Assembly: GCA_043228905.1 (NCBI GenBank)
Contig: JBHGNT010000004.1
Span: 9,796,001 to 9,860,000, forward strand
Direction: 5' to 3'
Length of the DNA stretch: 64,000 nucleotides
From: Azolla caroliniana
Lineage: Eukaryota; Plantae; Polypodiophyta
The notes beneath the pieces were generated by a model. It saw only the letters and a program-made list of their open reading frames with translations, did no database searches and was not told where the DNA came from. Positions 48,715-60,672 of this stretch are shown piece after piece. A program made the position numbers and the translations under genes. Each line of letters opens with the position of its first letter. The stretch's first letter is position 1.

Positions 48715-51700
48715 ATGGAAGGCGGCGGTAGCGGGCAGCCGGGAATGATGGTGCTGAATGCGCAGAATTACGCCGACTGGAAGATCAAGATGGAGGATCT
48801 TCTGATTGTTCGGGACCTGTACGAACCGATTGACAGGTCGGAAATACCGAAGGGAGTACTTGAGTCGGAGTGGAAGCTCCTGAACCGGAAAGCAGTAGCG
48901 ACGATCCGGCAATATGTCGATGTAAGTGTCCTGCAACATGTGGCGAACGATACGAACGCCTATGAGATGTGGAAGAAGCTGTCGGGCCTCTATGAGAGGA
49001 AGAATGCGTTGAACCGGACCTCCCTGATGAGAAAGATAGTGAACCTCAAGTACCGGGACGGCGAGAGTATGGTGGAACACGTAAGCACGTTCATGGGATT
49101 CGTGAACCAGCTTGCGGCGATCAAGTTCCCGTTGGAGGATGCAATGCAAGCCATCATCCTGATGTGTACATTGCCGGACAGCTGGGAGAACTTGGTGGTG
49201 ACTCTCAGCACCTCCTGCACGGAAGACAACTTGTCCCTACAAATGGTAAAGACAAGTATTCTAAATGAAGAAGCGCGTCGGAGAGATAAAGAACCGGCCT
49301 CCGACTCGAAGGCGCTGCTTACCGAATCGGAACGGGGAAGACACTGGAACCGGAGTCCGCAAAGACGGGAGAAGTCGGGGACCCGGTCGCAGTCAAGAGG
49401 AAGACCCATTTGCTTCCACTGTGGGAAGCCGGGGCACTTCCGGAAGAATTGTCGGCATTACCGAAAGGACAACGGAGCCGACGACACCGATTCGAAGAAG
49501 TCACCGGAGAGAAACGGTGCATACCGGGGAGCCACGGACCGGAGAGGTCCGGATCGGCGAGGGCAGGACCGGAAAGGAACGACGGCACTCGCGGCAAGTG
49601 AAGAAGAGATAATGCTCATTACCGAAGAGAGGGAGCTGAACCTTGCCGGCGTAGAGATGACCTGGGTGGTCGATTCCGGAGCGTCGTTCCACCTGACCCC
49701 GGAGAAGAAATACTTCTCATCCTACACAGCCGGTGAGCACGGTTTTGTCCGGATGGGAAATGAAGGTACATGCCGAATTGCCGGTATAGGAGACGTGTGG
49801 CTGATGACATCAACCGGATGCAAGATGCTGTTGAAGGATGTGCGACACGTTCCGGAGGTCCGATTGAACCTGATCTCGGCCGGGAGGCTAGATGATGAAG
49901 GCTACACGGGTAGCATCCGGAACGGCGTAATGAAGTTCAGCAAGGGGAGCCTGATAGTGGCTCGGGCCCGGAAGGTCAACACTCTGTACCTGATGAATGC
50001 CCGGTTATGTCCGGAAGAGCTGAATGTAGCAGCCGACACTGCCGGTGAGCTGTGGCACAAAAGACTGTGCCACATGAGTGAGAAGGGGATGAAGAGGCTT
50101 GCAGAAGACAACCTTATTCCAGTGAAGCATGTGCACCTGGAGAAGTGCACCGACTGCCTGGCCGGTAAGCAAAACCGGACCTCCTTCCACTCAAGGCCAC
50201 CGACGAGACGTAGCGCACCCTTGGAGCTGGTGCACACTGATGTGTGTCAGGTAGAAACGAAGTCACATGGCGGAGCCCAGTACTTCGTGACATTCATTGA
50301 TGATCACAGCCGGAAGCTGTGGACGGCACCGTTGAAGACAAAGGACCAAGTGTTGTCCGTCTTCAGAGAACTCCACGCGAGAGTGGAAAGAGAATCCGGC
50401 AAGAAGCTGAAAGCGATACGAGCAGATAACGGAGGGGAATACCGGGGGCAGTTCCAGGAGTACTGTCGCTCGAAGGGAATCCGGCTCGAGTTTACTGTGC
50501 CGAAGACGCCGGAACTGAACGGGCTGGCCGAGAGGATGAACCGGACCATAATGGAGAGGGTCCGGAGTATGCTAGCGCATGCGAAACTACCCAAGGGATT
50601 TTGGGCTGAGGCAATGTCGACGGCGACGTATGTGATAAATAGATCACCCTCAGTACCTTTGGACGGAGACACGCCGCAGAAAGTGTGGACCGGTAAGGAA
50701 GTGTCCTACCGGCATCTGAAGGTGTTCGGGTGTCTCACATACGTGCATGTGGCAAAGGACCGGAGAGGAAAGTTAGATCCAAAGACCCGGCCATGCATAT
50801 TCCTCGGTTACGGCGACGACGAGTTCGGCTACCGAGTATGGGACCCGGTCGACAAGAAGATATTCAGGAGTCGAGATATCATTTTCATGGAGGACAAGAC
50901 GCTCGCCGACTGGGAGTCGGAGAAGAAGATGAAGAGCTCCAAGTCGACCGGTGAGGATAAACTCTACGAGGAGCAGTCCCGACTGGCAAGGGACCGGTTA
51001 ACACTCGAAGACCCGGCCGAAGACGGTGAAGAAACAGAACCGGCCGAAGAAGATGAAAATGATACCGGAACCGGCCCCGATCCCGAAATGGATTCGGATG
51101 AAGAAGAAGAATCGGAAGAACCGGTTACCGAAGCTCCCGAACGGAGATATCCTCTAAGAGAGAGAAGGGCCCCCCGGAGATTTCCGGAACCAGAGCACGT
51201 GCTGCTAACCGACGAGGGGGAGCCGGAGAGCTTTGAAGAAGCAAAGCACGACACCCAGAGCCGCAGGTGGTTAAGTGCCATGCAGGAGGAGATGGATTCC
51301 CTGCATGAGAACCACACATATGAACTTGTGGAGTTGCCGAAAGGAAAGCGGGCACTTCGAAACAAGTGGGTGTTCAAGCTGAAACCGGGAGATGCCGGAA
51401 ACCCCCAGAGATACAAAGCCAGGATCGTGGTGAAGGGGTTCCAGCAGAAGAAGGGCGTCGACTTCGACGAGATATTTGCCCCGGTAGTGAAGATGACCTC
51501 TATCCGGACGGTGCTGAGCATAGCGGCAAGCATGGACCTCGAGGTAGAACAGATGGACGTGAAGACGGCATTCCTTCACGGTGACCTCGATGAAGAGATC
51601 TACATGCAGCAACCGGAAGGATTCGAGAAGAAAGGGAAGGAGCACCTGGTATGCCGGTTGAAGAAGAGCCTTTACGGATTGAAGCAGGCTCCCCGGCAAT

Positions 51701-52791
51701 GGTACCGGAAGTTCGACTCCTTCATGACCGACGAAGGGTACCTCAAAACGCAGTCCGACCACTGCGTGTTTGTGAAGAAGTTCGAAGGAGGAGACTTTCT
51801 AATACTCCTCCTGTACGTGGACGACATGTTGATCGTCGGACGGGACCAGGTCAAGATACGGATGCTGAAGAAGGCTCTTCACCAAACCTTCTCAATGAAG
51901 GACCTGGGTCCGGCAAGGAAAATACTAGGGATGCACATCATCCGGGACCGGAAGAAGAAGCAGTTGTGGCTGTCACAGGAGAAGTACGTGACGAAGGTGC
52001 TTCACCGGTTCAACATGTCGGAAGCAAGACCGGTCGGGTCAACCCTCCCAGCAAACTGCAAGTTGTCCAGCAAGCAGAGCCCCAAGACAAAGGCTGAGAA
52101 GGAGGATATGATGAAAGTGCCGTATGCCTCAGCCGTCGGGAGCTTGATGTACGCCATGGTGTGTACGAGACCGGACATAGGATATGCAGTCGGAGTGGTA
52201 AGCCGGTACATGAGCAATCCTGGCAAAGAGCATTGGAACGCGGTCAAGTGGACACTCCGATACCTGAAGGGCACGGCAAACGTGTGCCTTCGATTCGGCT
52301 CCGGTAAGCCCCAACTCGACGGCTTCACCGATTCGGATATGTCGGCTGATGCAGATACCAGCCGGTCCACATCAGGGTATGTGATGACCTATGCAGGGGG
52401 AGCCGTTTCGTGGCAGTCGAGGCTGCAGAAGACGGTTGCGTTGTCAACCACGGAGGCGGAGTACATGGCAGCTGTTGAAGCCGGCAAGGAAATAATATGG
52501 ATGAAGGACTTCATTAGAGAGCTCGGTATCCAACAGGAGGAGTACCGACTCTACTGCGACAGTCAGAGTGCCATCCACCTTGCGAAGAACGCGGCCTACC
52601 ATTCCCGGACGAAACACATCCAGCGGAGATACCACTGGATCCGGGAGAGGATAGAAGACGAGGAGTTCGTGCTGACGAAGATCCACACTGACGAGAACGG
52701 GTCGGATATGCTGACCAAGGTGCTCACACCCGACAAGCTGGAAGCATGCCGGAAGAGGATCGGATTGGAGAGACATCCCATGCCGAAGTGA
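48715..52791 (+). CDS. Ty1/Copia gag-pol polyprotein (Gag, zinc knuckle, protease, integrase, RT, RNase H), 1358 aa
   Basis: CFHCGKPGHFRKNC; WVVDSGAS; LWHKRLCH..CTDC; D-D-E (TDVC, DNGGEY, AERMN); YKARIVVKGF; LYVDDML; FTDSD..TEAEY..CDSQSA..DMLTK. Copia domain order PR-IN-RT-RH. Confidence 0.97.
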   Translation: MEGGGSGQPGMMVLNAQNYADWKIKMEDLLIVRDLYEPIDRSEIPKGVLESEWKLLNRKAVATIRQYVDVSVLQHVANDTNAYEMWKKLSGLYERKNALNRTSLMRKIVNLKYRDGESMVEHVSTFMGFVNQLAAIKFPLEDAMQAIILMCTLPDSWENLVVTLSTSCTEDNLSLQMVKTSILNEEARRRDKEPASDSKALLTESERGRHWNRSPQRREKSGTRSQSRGRPICFHCGKPGHFRKNCRHYRKDNGADDTDSKKSPERNGAYRGATDRRGPDRRGQDRKGTTALAASEEEIMLITEERELNLAGVEMTWVVDSGASFHLTPEKKYFSSYTAGEHGFVRMGNEGTCRIAGIGDVWLMTSTGCKMLLKDVRHVPEVRLNLISAGRLDDEGYTGSIRNGVMKFSKGSLIVARARKVNTLYLMNARLCPEELNVAADTAGELWHKRLCHMSEKGMKRLAEDNLIPVKHVHLEKCTDCLAGKQNRTSFHSRPPTRRSAPLELVHTDVCQVETKSHGGAQYFVTFIDDHSRKLWTAPLKTKDQVLSVFRELHARVERESGKKLKAIRADNGGEYRGQFQEYCRSKGIRLEFTVPKTPELNGLAERMNRTIMERVRSMLAHAKLPKGFWAEAMSTATYVINRSPSVPLDGDTPQKVWTGKEVSYRHLKVFGCLTYVHVAKDRRGKLDPKTRPCIFLGYGDDEFGYRVWDPVDKKIFRSRDIIFMEDKTLADWESEKKMKSSKSTGEDKLYEEQSRLARDRLTLEDPAEDGEETEPAEEDENDTGTGPDPEMDSDEEEESEEPVTEAPERRYPLRERRAPRRFPEPEHVLLTDEGEPESFEEAKHDTQSRRWLSAMQEEMDSLHENHTYELVELPKGKRALRNKWVFKLKPGDAGNPQRYKARIVVKGFQQKKGVDFDEIFAPVVKMTSIRTVLSIAASMDLEVEQMDVKTAFLHGDLDEEIYMQQPEGFEKKGKEHLVCRLKKSLYGLKQAPRQWYRKFDSFMTDEGYLKTQSDHCVFVKKFEGGDFLILLLYVDDMLIVGRDQVKIRMLKKALHQTFSMKDLGPARKILGMHIIRDRKKKQLWLSQEKYVTKVLHRFNMSEARPVGSTLPANCKLSSKQSPKTKAEKEDMMKVPYASAVGSLMYAMVCTRPDIGYAVGVVSRYMSNPGKEHWNAVKWTLRYLKGTANVCLRFGSGKPQLDGFTDSDMSADADTSRSTSGYVMTYAGGAVSWQSRLQKTVALSTTEAEYMAAVEAGKEIIWMKDFIRELGIQQEEYRLYCDSQSAIHLAKNAAYHSRTKHIQRRYHWIRERIEDEEFVLTKIHTDENGSDMLTKVLTPDKLEACRKRIGLERHPMPK

Positions 52792-52801
52792 AGGGGGAGT
52801 T

Positions 52802-53388
52802 TGTTGGGATTACGGTCCCTCCGGATGGGATGTCCGGAGATGAATGACGGCAAGCCCGGTTGCGGTTACGGAACCGGATGAAGAGTACCCGGCATGAAGC
52901 CGGATGAAGAGTACCCGGATACGGATCCGGATGATGAAGACCCCGGCTACGGAGCCGGATGACGAATGTACCCGGAGAGAGAGATCCGGATGCAGGGCTA
53001 TATTTGTAAATATCCCGAAAGTCATATATGTATAAATGTGACTTAGGGCAAACAGTTTTATGAGGTTGTTGCTTAATTTTCATGCGAAGTGAGAGCAGCC
53101 GAGAGAGAGAGAGAGAGAGAGACGAAGAGGTCGTTGCCTCTGTGTATTGCCGCCGCCTGTGGCGAAGACAGTGAGCTCAAGGTTGTTGCCTTGTAGCTTC
53201 ACCAGTGTACATCCCTGTTCATAGTGATAGTTGGAGTTTGAGGCTCCCGTGGTTTTTCCCATTTAGGGTTTTCCACGTAAAACATCCAGTGTACCTTTCT
53301 CTCTATTGTCTTTCGTGCATTGTTGTATTTCCCGTTTTCTGTGAATCGATCCTGTTCCTCGGTTGTGGCCGAGCACGGAATTTCAATA
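52802..53388 (+). repeat. 3' LTR of Copia-H (TG..TA)
   Basis: Follows the PPT; followed by the TSD TCTTT. Confidence 0.97.
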
Positions 53389-54713
53389 TCTTTTGTTGGA
53401 AGCCCTTCACTATGATTCGGGCCTTATACCTTGGTGGATTTCCGGCATCTCCCGGTTTCAGCTTGTACACCCACTTGTTCCGGAGTGCTCTCTTCCCTTT
53501 TAGCAAATCCATCAGTTCATATGTGTGGTTCTCATGCAAGGAAACCATCTCATCCTGCATGGCACTCAACCACTTGCCACTCTGGGTGTCTCTCTTTGCT
53601 TCTTCGAATCTTTCCGGCTCCCCCTCATCGGTTAGCAACACATGCTCTGCATGAGGAAATCTCCGGGGGGCTCTTCTCTCTCGGAGAGGATATCTCCGTC
53701 CTTGGTTTCTAACTATCAATTCCTTCGTTTGTTCCTTATCCGAATCCGATTTAGGATCTTGTCTTGTTACGGTGTGTCCTTCTTCTTCTTCTTCTTCTTC
53801 TTCTTCTTCGGTCAGTTCAGTTTCTTGTCCGTATCTAGACGGTTTGTCGAGTGTCATCCGGTTACCTCTCCGGTTCGAACCGTTTCGGTTCAAACTCTTC
53901 TTCGAATCGGTAGTGCTGGTTTCTTTCTCTTTCCGGAAATGCTGGAAGTTCTTCTGGAAGTGCCCTGGCTTCCCACAATAGAAGCAAGTAGACCTCCCGC
54001 TTGACTTCGACCTCGTCCCTGATTTGTCTCGATTTTGGGGACTCCGATACCGGCCTCTTCCCCAGTTGTGGTCATCTTCCGCAACCAAGGCCTTCGGATT
54101 GGTTCCGGACTCCCGGTCCTTCCAACGAGCTTCTTCATCTTACAAGCTTGACTTGACTCTTGCGAGGGACAACTGTTTTCCTTCCGCCCCGGCGTTGCCC
54201 AACGTGACAACTAACGTCTCCCAGCTATCCGGGAGGGAACCGAGCAAGAGCAATGCGAGTACCTCATCGGCGAGAGGTACTTCCAGCGAGGTTGCTTTGT
54301 GTATTAGCCCCTGGAAGGCATTCATGTGCTCCGCCATACTAGAGTCGTCCTGGTACCGGAGCCTCACTAGCTTCCAGAATACCGAAACCCGATTAACGGC
54401 ATTCTTGTTCTGGAACATGATGTCGATCTTCTCCCAGAGTTCATGAGCCTTAGTCTCTTCATTGAAGTTGTTGTGCAGGCTCATGACAATGAAGCACTGG
54501 ATGTATGCCGTCATCTTCATGTGCATCACCTCCCACACTTTGGCGTCGATCTTATCCAGTCTCTTATCCCCGAAGTGAACCGGCAACCAAAGATCTTTAA
54601 CCACCAGCATATCCCTCATCTTCAACTTCCACACTGAGTAGTTGGAGGGGTGAGCTTGAACATGCTGCTGAACGATTCTTACATTTCCTGTGTTGTTTGC
54701 TCTGATACCAGAT

Positions 54714-55236
54714 TGAGGGAAATAGCGTGGAATTTTTCTTGGCCACAACCGAGTCTTGAATCACTTGTCGATGAGAATGAAACACAAAAATGGGAAGTAG
54801 GGAGATTGATACGCATACGCACACAAACAACGATAGAGGATACACAAGTTGTTTACGTGGAAAAACCCTAATAGGGAAAAAACCACGGGAGCCCATAGAC
54901 TCCAAATTATCACTATTTGAGAAAGGTACAATCAGAGACTCGGAGGCAACGACCTCGAGCTCTGTTTCTTCATCGAGTGGCGGTTACAACAGAGTATCGC
55001 TCTGTATCTCTCTCTATATGTATACAACAATTATGCACATACAAGAATATGACAACAACCTTACAAAGTGATTGCCCTAAGTCATATTTATACTTATATG
55101 AACTTAGGGCTATTTAAAAATATAGCCTCAATAGGCTTACTCAAAATATATTTACAAATATGTCTTCTCTTCCGGTTCTCACCAGGTCCATCCAATCCAT
55201 AACCGGATACCATCCGGAGGGACCGATTTCCCAACA
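54714..55236 (-). repeat. 5' LTR of Copia-D
   Basis: TG..CA; adjacent to the iMet PBS. Confidence 0.92.
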
Positions 55237-55241
55237 TGGTA

Positions 55242-57085
55242 CACATCATTAGTGTGCACCACATAAATCGATTTCCCATTACCAAGTGACCAATCTTTCT
55301 ATGGTTCCTCGACTACCAACTTTGGAATTGGGAAACTAATATAGGCAATGCCAATATTGATTGCCAAATATACTCATATCAATGTGGTATATGAAACTTA
55401 TTTTTGATTGTCTGAAAGACTATCATTTTCCTACGTGACTCTAGAATACCATCTTCTACAATTACCAAACCTAGCCTTGCCATTCGATTAAGCTATGAAT
55501 TTAGACTTTCTTTTCCCTCCCAGTGTAATATCCTTGAAGCTACCAACACCTCGAATGCCAATGAATTTATATCTTTTCTGCACTCAGGAGGCCTCCAATT
55601 AATCAATTTCAAACACCGCTGCCAAGAAAACACCAATTGTTGAACCATACTAGATTCTGAACACTTAAATTGCTGGGTACTATTAACAACATGCCACCAC
55701 GAAGCTGTAATTCTCGTTTTCCCATGGTAAATACCAACCTTTTCCACAAAATAAGTAATTATTTCTGCCCAAGGTTGGGTACCTAAGCACATACCTTTCA
55801 AAAGATTGAATCTTTGAGCCACCATATGATCTTCTAAATTGAGTAAAGCAGCACCCCCTAACTGTTTTCGAGTACAAATATTGTTCCATGATACCCAACT
55901 CCTACCAAGGTTTGTGTCTTTCTTCCATAGTGTATATTTAAGTGAACGAGCTAAATGATCAAAAGACATAGGAGATGCAACTTTTGGTATAAGTTTAACC
56001 AAACCAACTTTCCATGAATCGGGCATTTTACCAAAACTCCACATTTCTTGGAATATCAGTGTTATAGGGGCTTTGAGTTCTTATAAAAAGGCTTTAAAAA
56101 ACTCGTTTGTAATGCCATCCCAACCCGGGCTTTTATCAATTGCAAGATGTGATAATACATATTCCACCTCCTCCTCTTTTATATCCTCCTCCAATGCGAT
56201 CATGTCATGTTGTCCATCACTCACCTTGACTGAGTTAAATAGCATCCATTGCGTTTGTGTTATGTCATCATTCATAATACAGTCTTGCCCAAAAAGATTT
56301 GTGCAGTATTTAACACAATTATCAATAATCCCTTGTGGGTTTGTATTCAAAGTTCCATCAATCTCTACACTTACCACATTCATTCTAGCATGAGATGCCT
56401 GCAACCCATGGTAAAACTTATGTGAATTATAGTTGTGATCATGTACTTCATTTTTCAAGCATGCTATGGGACTTGTCTTATAAACTCTCCCACCAATTGT
56501 CCTGTAGCATGCTTAGATTTATCATGTCCAAGAAAAGATGAATTAAATCTCAATGGTTGTCTCCCCAATAAAGATCTAAAACCATCCACAGTTTTATGTG
56601 TGCATTCCAAAACAACTAGGAAATGATCTGATGATCCAATCCCCCTAACCACTTGCATAGTCAAAAACTCTAGCAAGAATGTATCATCATGCATAATATA
56701 AATGTGATCCAGTCTACTCCAAGTTTATCTATATTGTGCTAATTGAAAGGTATAACCAACACCATTTCCATTGATCCAAGTCCATGCATCATACCTTACG
56801 ACATCCATCATAAGCAAATCCCATACCTCTCTCATTCAAGAGCATCCATCAAGCCATGCATCGAAGTAGATTGGCGCATCTCAAAACACATATTAAAATC
56901 CCCTAACAAAAAACCGGATCTCCGATGAAGCAAAACTTGATTTAAGCATCTCCAAAGTTCCGTACAATGTCTTGCAACATTCGATCCATAAATACCAACC
57001 ACCCAAATTTGTTACCCTTCATAATTAACTTCAATCACCAAAAACCGACCATGTACATCACTTTGAGTGACTACGGGTTTCAAGC
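55242..57085 (-). mobile_element. LINE (L1 clade) ORF2 remnant: endonuclease and RT fragments
   Basis: GDFN (~56895-56906), SRLDHIY, SSDHFLV, DKSPGWDGITNEFFK, PDSWKVGLVKLIPK, WVSWNNICTRKQLGG. RT core is deleted. Confidence 0.85.
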
Positions 57086-60000
57086 TACCGTACGACTCTG
57101 CTACCGGCCAAGCCCAGTTGTATTCTGTTTACCTTAATCAATTCTTTCCATAGTTCGGGTCGATCTCTTCTTGTTTCAAGTTTCATCTCTATTTCTTCCC
57201 TTTGTATCTATTTCCTCGCTCTACCTGTGAGCTGCATGACACGGTTCCGTTCGCAAACATACACACTCGATGTCCCGCTTCCGGTAACCATCTAGGCACA
57301 CCGTCACGGTTGCTCTTCCTAGTCCCTATGACTCCTTGGTCTGGGACTCCCGTGGTCCTACCCGTTTCAACACTTACTGGTTACATCATTGGTGAACCCG
57401 ACGTGAAAGGGGTAGCAGAGGAGTCTGGAAATGAGAGGAAGTGAACTTGCCGAAGCAATGGTGGTGGCTGTAACCGCCTAATTAACGCTCACTAGGGCAC
57501 AAGCACCCTTGATAGGGCCATAGAAACGATGCTCGACAAGATAGGTCAGTTTAATGGGAAAGACGTAACAAGCTACCTGGAGACCTACAGGGCCGAGATG
57601 TTGATGAGGAATATTCCAAAGGACAGACAGTTGTCCGGATTCCCTCGGGTCGTAACACCGAGCACCCATGCAGAGGTGCTCGAAGTGCAAGCGGACTGCC
57701 ATAATTGGGCAGACTTCGAGGCGCGGTTGCTCGAGAAGTACGGCTTCGATGATTCTCTACAATTGTCGAAGAAGGACTTTATGGATTGGGTCGAGAGCCC
57801 CCACAAGGGACGGAATACATCAACTTTGCTTCAGGAGTTCGAAAAGCGGCTCGCGTGACTCTCGATGCTAGAACGGACCATGCTCCAGACGAGCAAGGTC
57901 CTACTGTATGTGAAGTCGATCGACGTGCTTGACCGCGAAAAGGTTGGTTTCCTCTTGGAGACGGATGAAGGGCTCATGGTCTACTAGGCCATGGTTAAAA
58001 GATTTTGTAGCCGTTTCGATAAACCGTAGGATTGGAACGACGCGAGGTCGTCGACAACCGGTGCGGGTGCTGGGAGGAAGCCAGAGGAATCGATTTTGAC
58101 GAGAGCGGACAAAATGAGACAGTGACTCGAATCAGGCATGGCGCCAACCAATGTGGTCGCAAGACCGTCCGGGGGAGCGGATCTAGAGGAGCTAATGAAG
58201 ATGGTGCGTGATCTCCAGATCGCTCAGGCTTGAAGGGACGGCGGAGGCCAATCACGCGACCGACGGCCGCTAACTGACTAACGGTGTAAATGGTGTGATG
58301 TCGTTGGCCATGCCTGAAGGGAGTGGGCCGACTTCGGAAAAGCGCTTAGAAGTAACGTGGTGTACCTTTGGAATGGTCGAGTGCATGCGAGTGACACATG
58401 AAGGCCGCACGAATTAAGCACCAGATGAGGCGGCATGAAGAGGATAATGGAGGAGGCAGCAACACATCATGTCGAGGCCATTCACTACTCGATCCTGGCT
58501 GGCATCTGTGTGAGTGGAGAGAAAGCTACTGGCTCCGGGGCCGAATCAGGATTTTGGCCACTACTACTAGAGGGCTTCCACGGAAAGAAATTGAAGAAGG
58601 AGGAAGTCAACCGCGCGGAGAGGCGGGTTCGTGAAGTTACCGGATGGAGCGATCCGGTTGAGGACAAGACCGGCTTCGTAGAAGCCGCGTGCCAGAACTG
58701 CATGGTTCTGGTCAAGGACAAGCGGGCCGGAAAGGCCGGAGGGGTAGGCCCTTCGAGGAGTTACGACACCCGGAGCGGACCCAACTGACGTGATTCACAA
58801 GAGAAAGAAAAGGGGAAGTTCTCGAGCTTCTAGTTAAGCTCAGAGATAGAGCAAACTGTGGACCTACGGAAGGTCCTCGAGGAGCGAATCCTCGATAGTC
58901 GCGTGTAACTCACGGTGCGGGAAGTGCTAGGAATAACAAAGAAAGAGTTTCACAATGGCATCATGGACCTGGTAAAGAGGAAGCGACTCTCAACAGAGCT
59001 AGAGCCAAAGAAGCCGGTTGAAGTAAAGGTGTCCTACATCAAAGAGGTTGTGATGGAAGAGAAGTTCCCGGACAGCCACTATATGAACCCACACTAGGCC
59101 AGAGCGACAACGGAAACCCCCTATCCGAATCCGGAACGTGAAAGAGCTGGTGGTGCCGCTAATCGACCACAGATCAAAGATTAACTTAATTTCCATGGAC
59201 TTCTACGAGAAGGGTAAATGGTCGATCAACACGAAGCATGGGTGGAAGATATGCGCGGCGACCCACGCTACGGAGGAGGTTCATGGAGCGTGCCCAAACG
59301 TCCGGGTGAAGGTCAGGGATGTGGAGATCGATCAACACTTCTTCGTACAGGAGACATCCTCCCATCCAGTGATTCTTGGTGAACCATACATTATGGCGGC
59401 TCGTGTGGAGACCAAAGTGTTGGACAGCAGATCGGCATACGCAAGGGTAAAGAGCTAGGATGGTAAGCACTACTTCCAATTCCTGGCGGTGAGGTCAAAT
59501 CATGAACAAAACCATGATTCTCTTGATGGCGAGGGCCGAGGGGATTTTTAGAGAGGACTATCAAGGCATGGGGCCGCGATAATCTAGACAACCGGAAGAA
59601 TTCCCACACCTGTACCATAGGTAGGAAGTTTTGGCCCTCCGCTAGTGGAGGTTGTACCATAACCGACATTGATGGCCGAGAGAAGAAGCGGGTAGAAGGA
59701 CCCTTGAAGGCTTGTGGCACCTTAGGCTCTGATGACGAGATTAGTGGCACCATGGAGGCGGTTTCATTCGATGACACTCTCGGAGAGATCGAGAGGATGG
59801 CCAAAGAGGACCTATGCGAAATGTACGAAGTCATTGCGGACTTTGGAAGGATGGTCGGGTCAGATCAAATAGCCCAGTGAGCATGAAGTACAAGACTGTG
59901 GACTGGAAGGTGAGGCCAATCGTGGCTCCCTTGGATATAACCAATTCCAGCTAGCCATAGAGAGTGGGGACATCATGACGATGCGAACTCCTCTCAGCTT

Positions 60001-60672
60001 GGTTCAGATGTGTACCTTGCCGCAAGGAGGGACCAACTCGGTGGCACACATGGTGAATGCAATGATCAAGGTCTTGTAGGACTACATCTCGGACATCACC
60101 ATGCCTTTCTTGGATGACATCCCGATCAAGGGATGTCCGGAGGAAGTGAAAGATGAATTGATCGGGCCGAACAGATGCCAGAGTTTTGTCGCGGCCCACA
60201 TCTCCGACTACAAGAAGATATTGCAGAGGCGTGAGAGCGCTCAACTTACCTTCTCTGGGAAGAAGTCAGCTTTCGGACAATCCGAGATCCTCGTAGTGGG
60301 GCACCTGTGCGAACCATACTGCCGGAAACCATCTCCGGCGAAAGTAGAGGCCATCTCCGCGATGAAGGAGGAATGGGGGTCGGTCTCGGAAGTCCGGAGA
60401 TTCTTGGGAGCGTGCACCATCTACCACATTTGGATCCCACACTACCCACACCTTGCCGAACCGCTCTACCGGTTGCTAAAGAAAGGTCAGAAGTTCAAAT
60501 GGGGCACAGAGCACATAGGGGTTGTCCGGAAACTAAAGGACAAGTTGACAGTAGCACCAGCTCTCCGAAAATCGATATACAAGGTGGAAACTCCGGCTTA
60601 CGTAACGATGGATACGATTCCAACCAGAATCGGGTGGGTGGTTAATCAGGAAGACAAGGACGGGATATATTC
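57086..60672 (+). mobile_element. Gypsy-G1c: 5' part of a G1-lineage Gypsy (LTR end, PBS, gag, PR, partial RT/RH)
   Basis: LTR remnant ending ttacatca at 57388; PBS 57390-57407. Gag MLDKIGQFNGKDVTSYL, protease LIDHRSKINL, KYKTVDWKVRP, RT PFLDDIPIKG. Confidence 0.88.
57390..57407 (+). promoter_or_regulatory. Primer-binding site complementary to the tRNA-Trp 3' end
   Basis: TGGTGAACCCGACGTGAA matches the reverse complement of the plant cytosolic tRNA-Trp 3' end (..TTCACGTCGGGTTCACCA, recalled, not searched). Confidence 0.75.

Larger units (their letters stand above)
48097..53388 (+). mobile_element. Copia-H: intact, very young Tork/Tnt1-like Copia with TSD TCTTT
   Basis: 587-bp LTRs at 48097-48683 and 52802-53388, no differences seen. 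TCTTT at 48092-48096 and 53389-53393. PBS 48687-48698; PPT 52791-52799; single uninterrupted ORF. Confidence 0.98.
26399..55236 (-). mobile_element. Copia-D: old Tork-like Copia inserted in the LINE; hosts Copia-E and Copia-H
   Basis: LTRs 26399-26915 (truncated) and 54714-55236. Near-TSD TGGTG (26394-26398) / TGGTA (55237-55241). PBS 54699-54710. Gag 54140-54748. RT split across 53394-53650, 47999-48096 and 27190-28049; RNase H 26916-27300. Confidence 0.92.

Noticed and set aside
48990-52853. Numerous antisense and alternate-frame ORFs in the ORF track
   Set aside because: Shadows of GC-rich gag-pol coding sequence and LTR repeats; no independent motifs.
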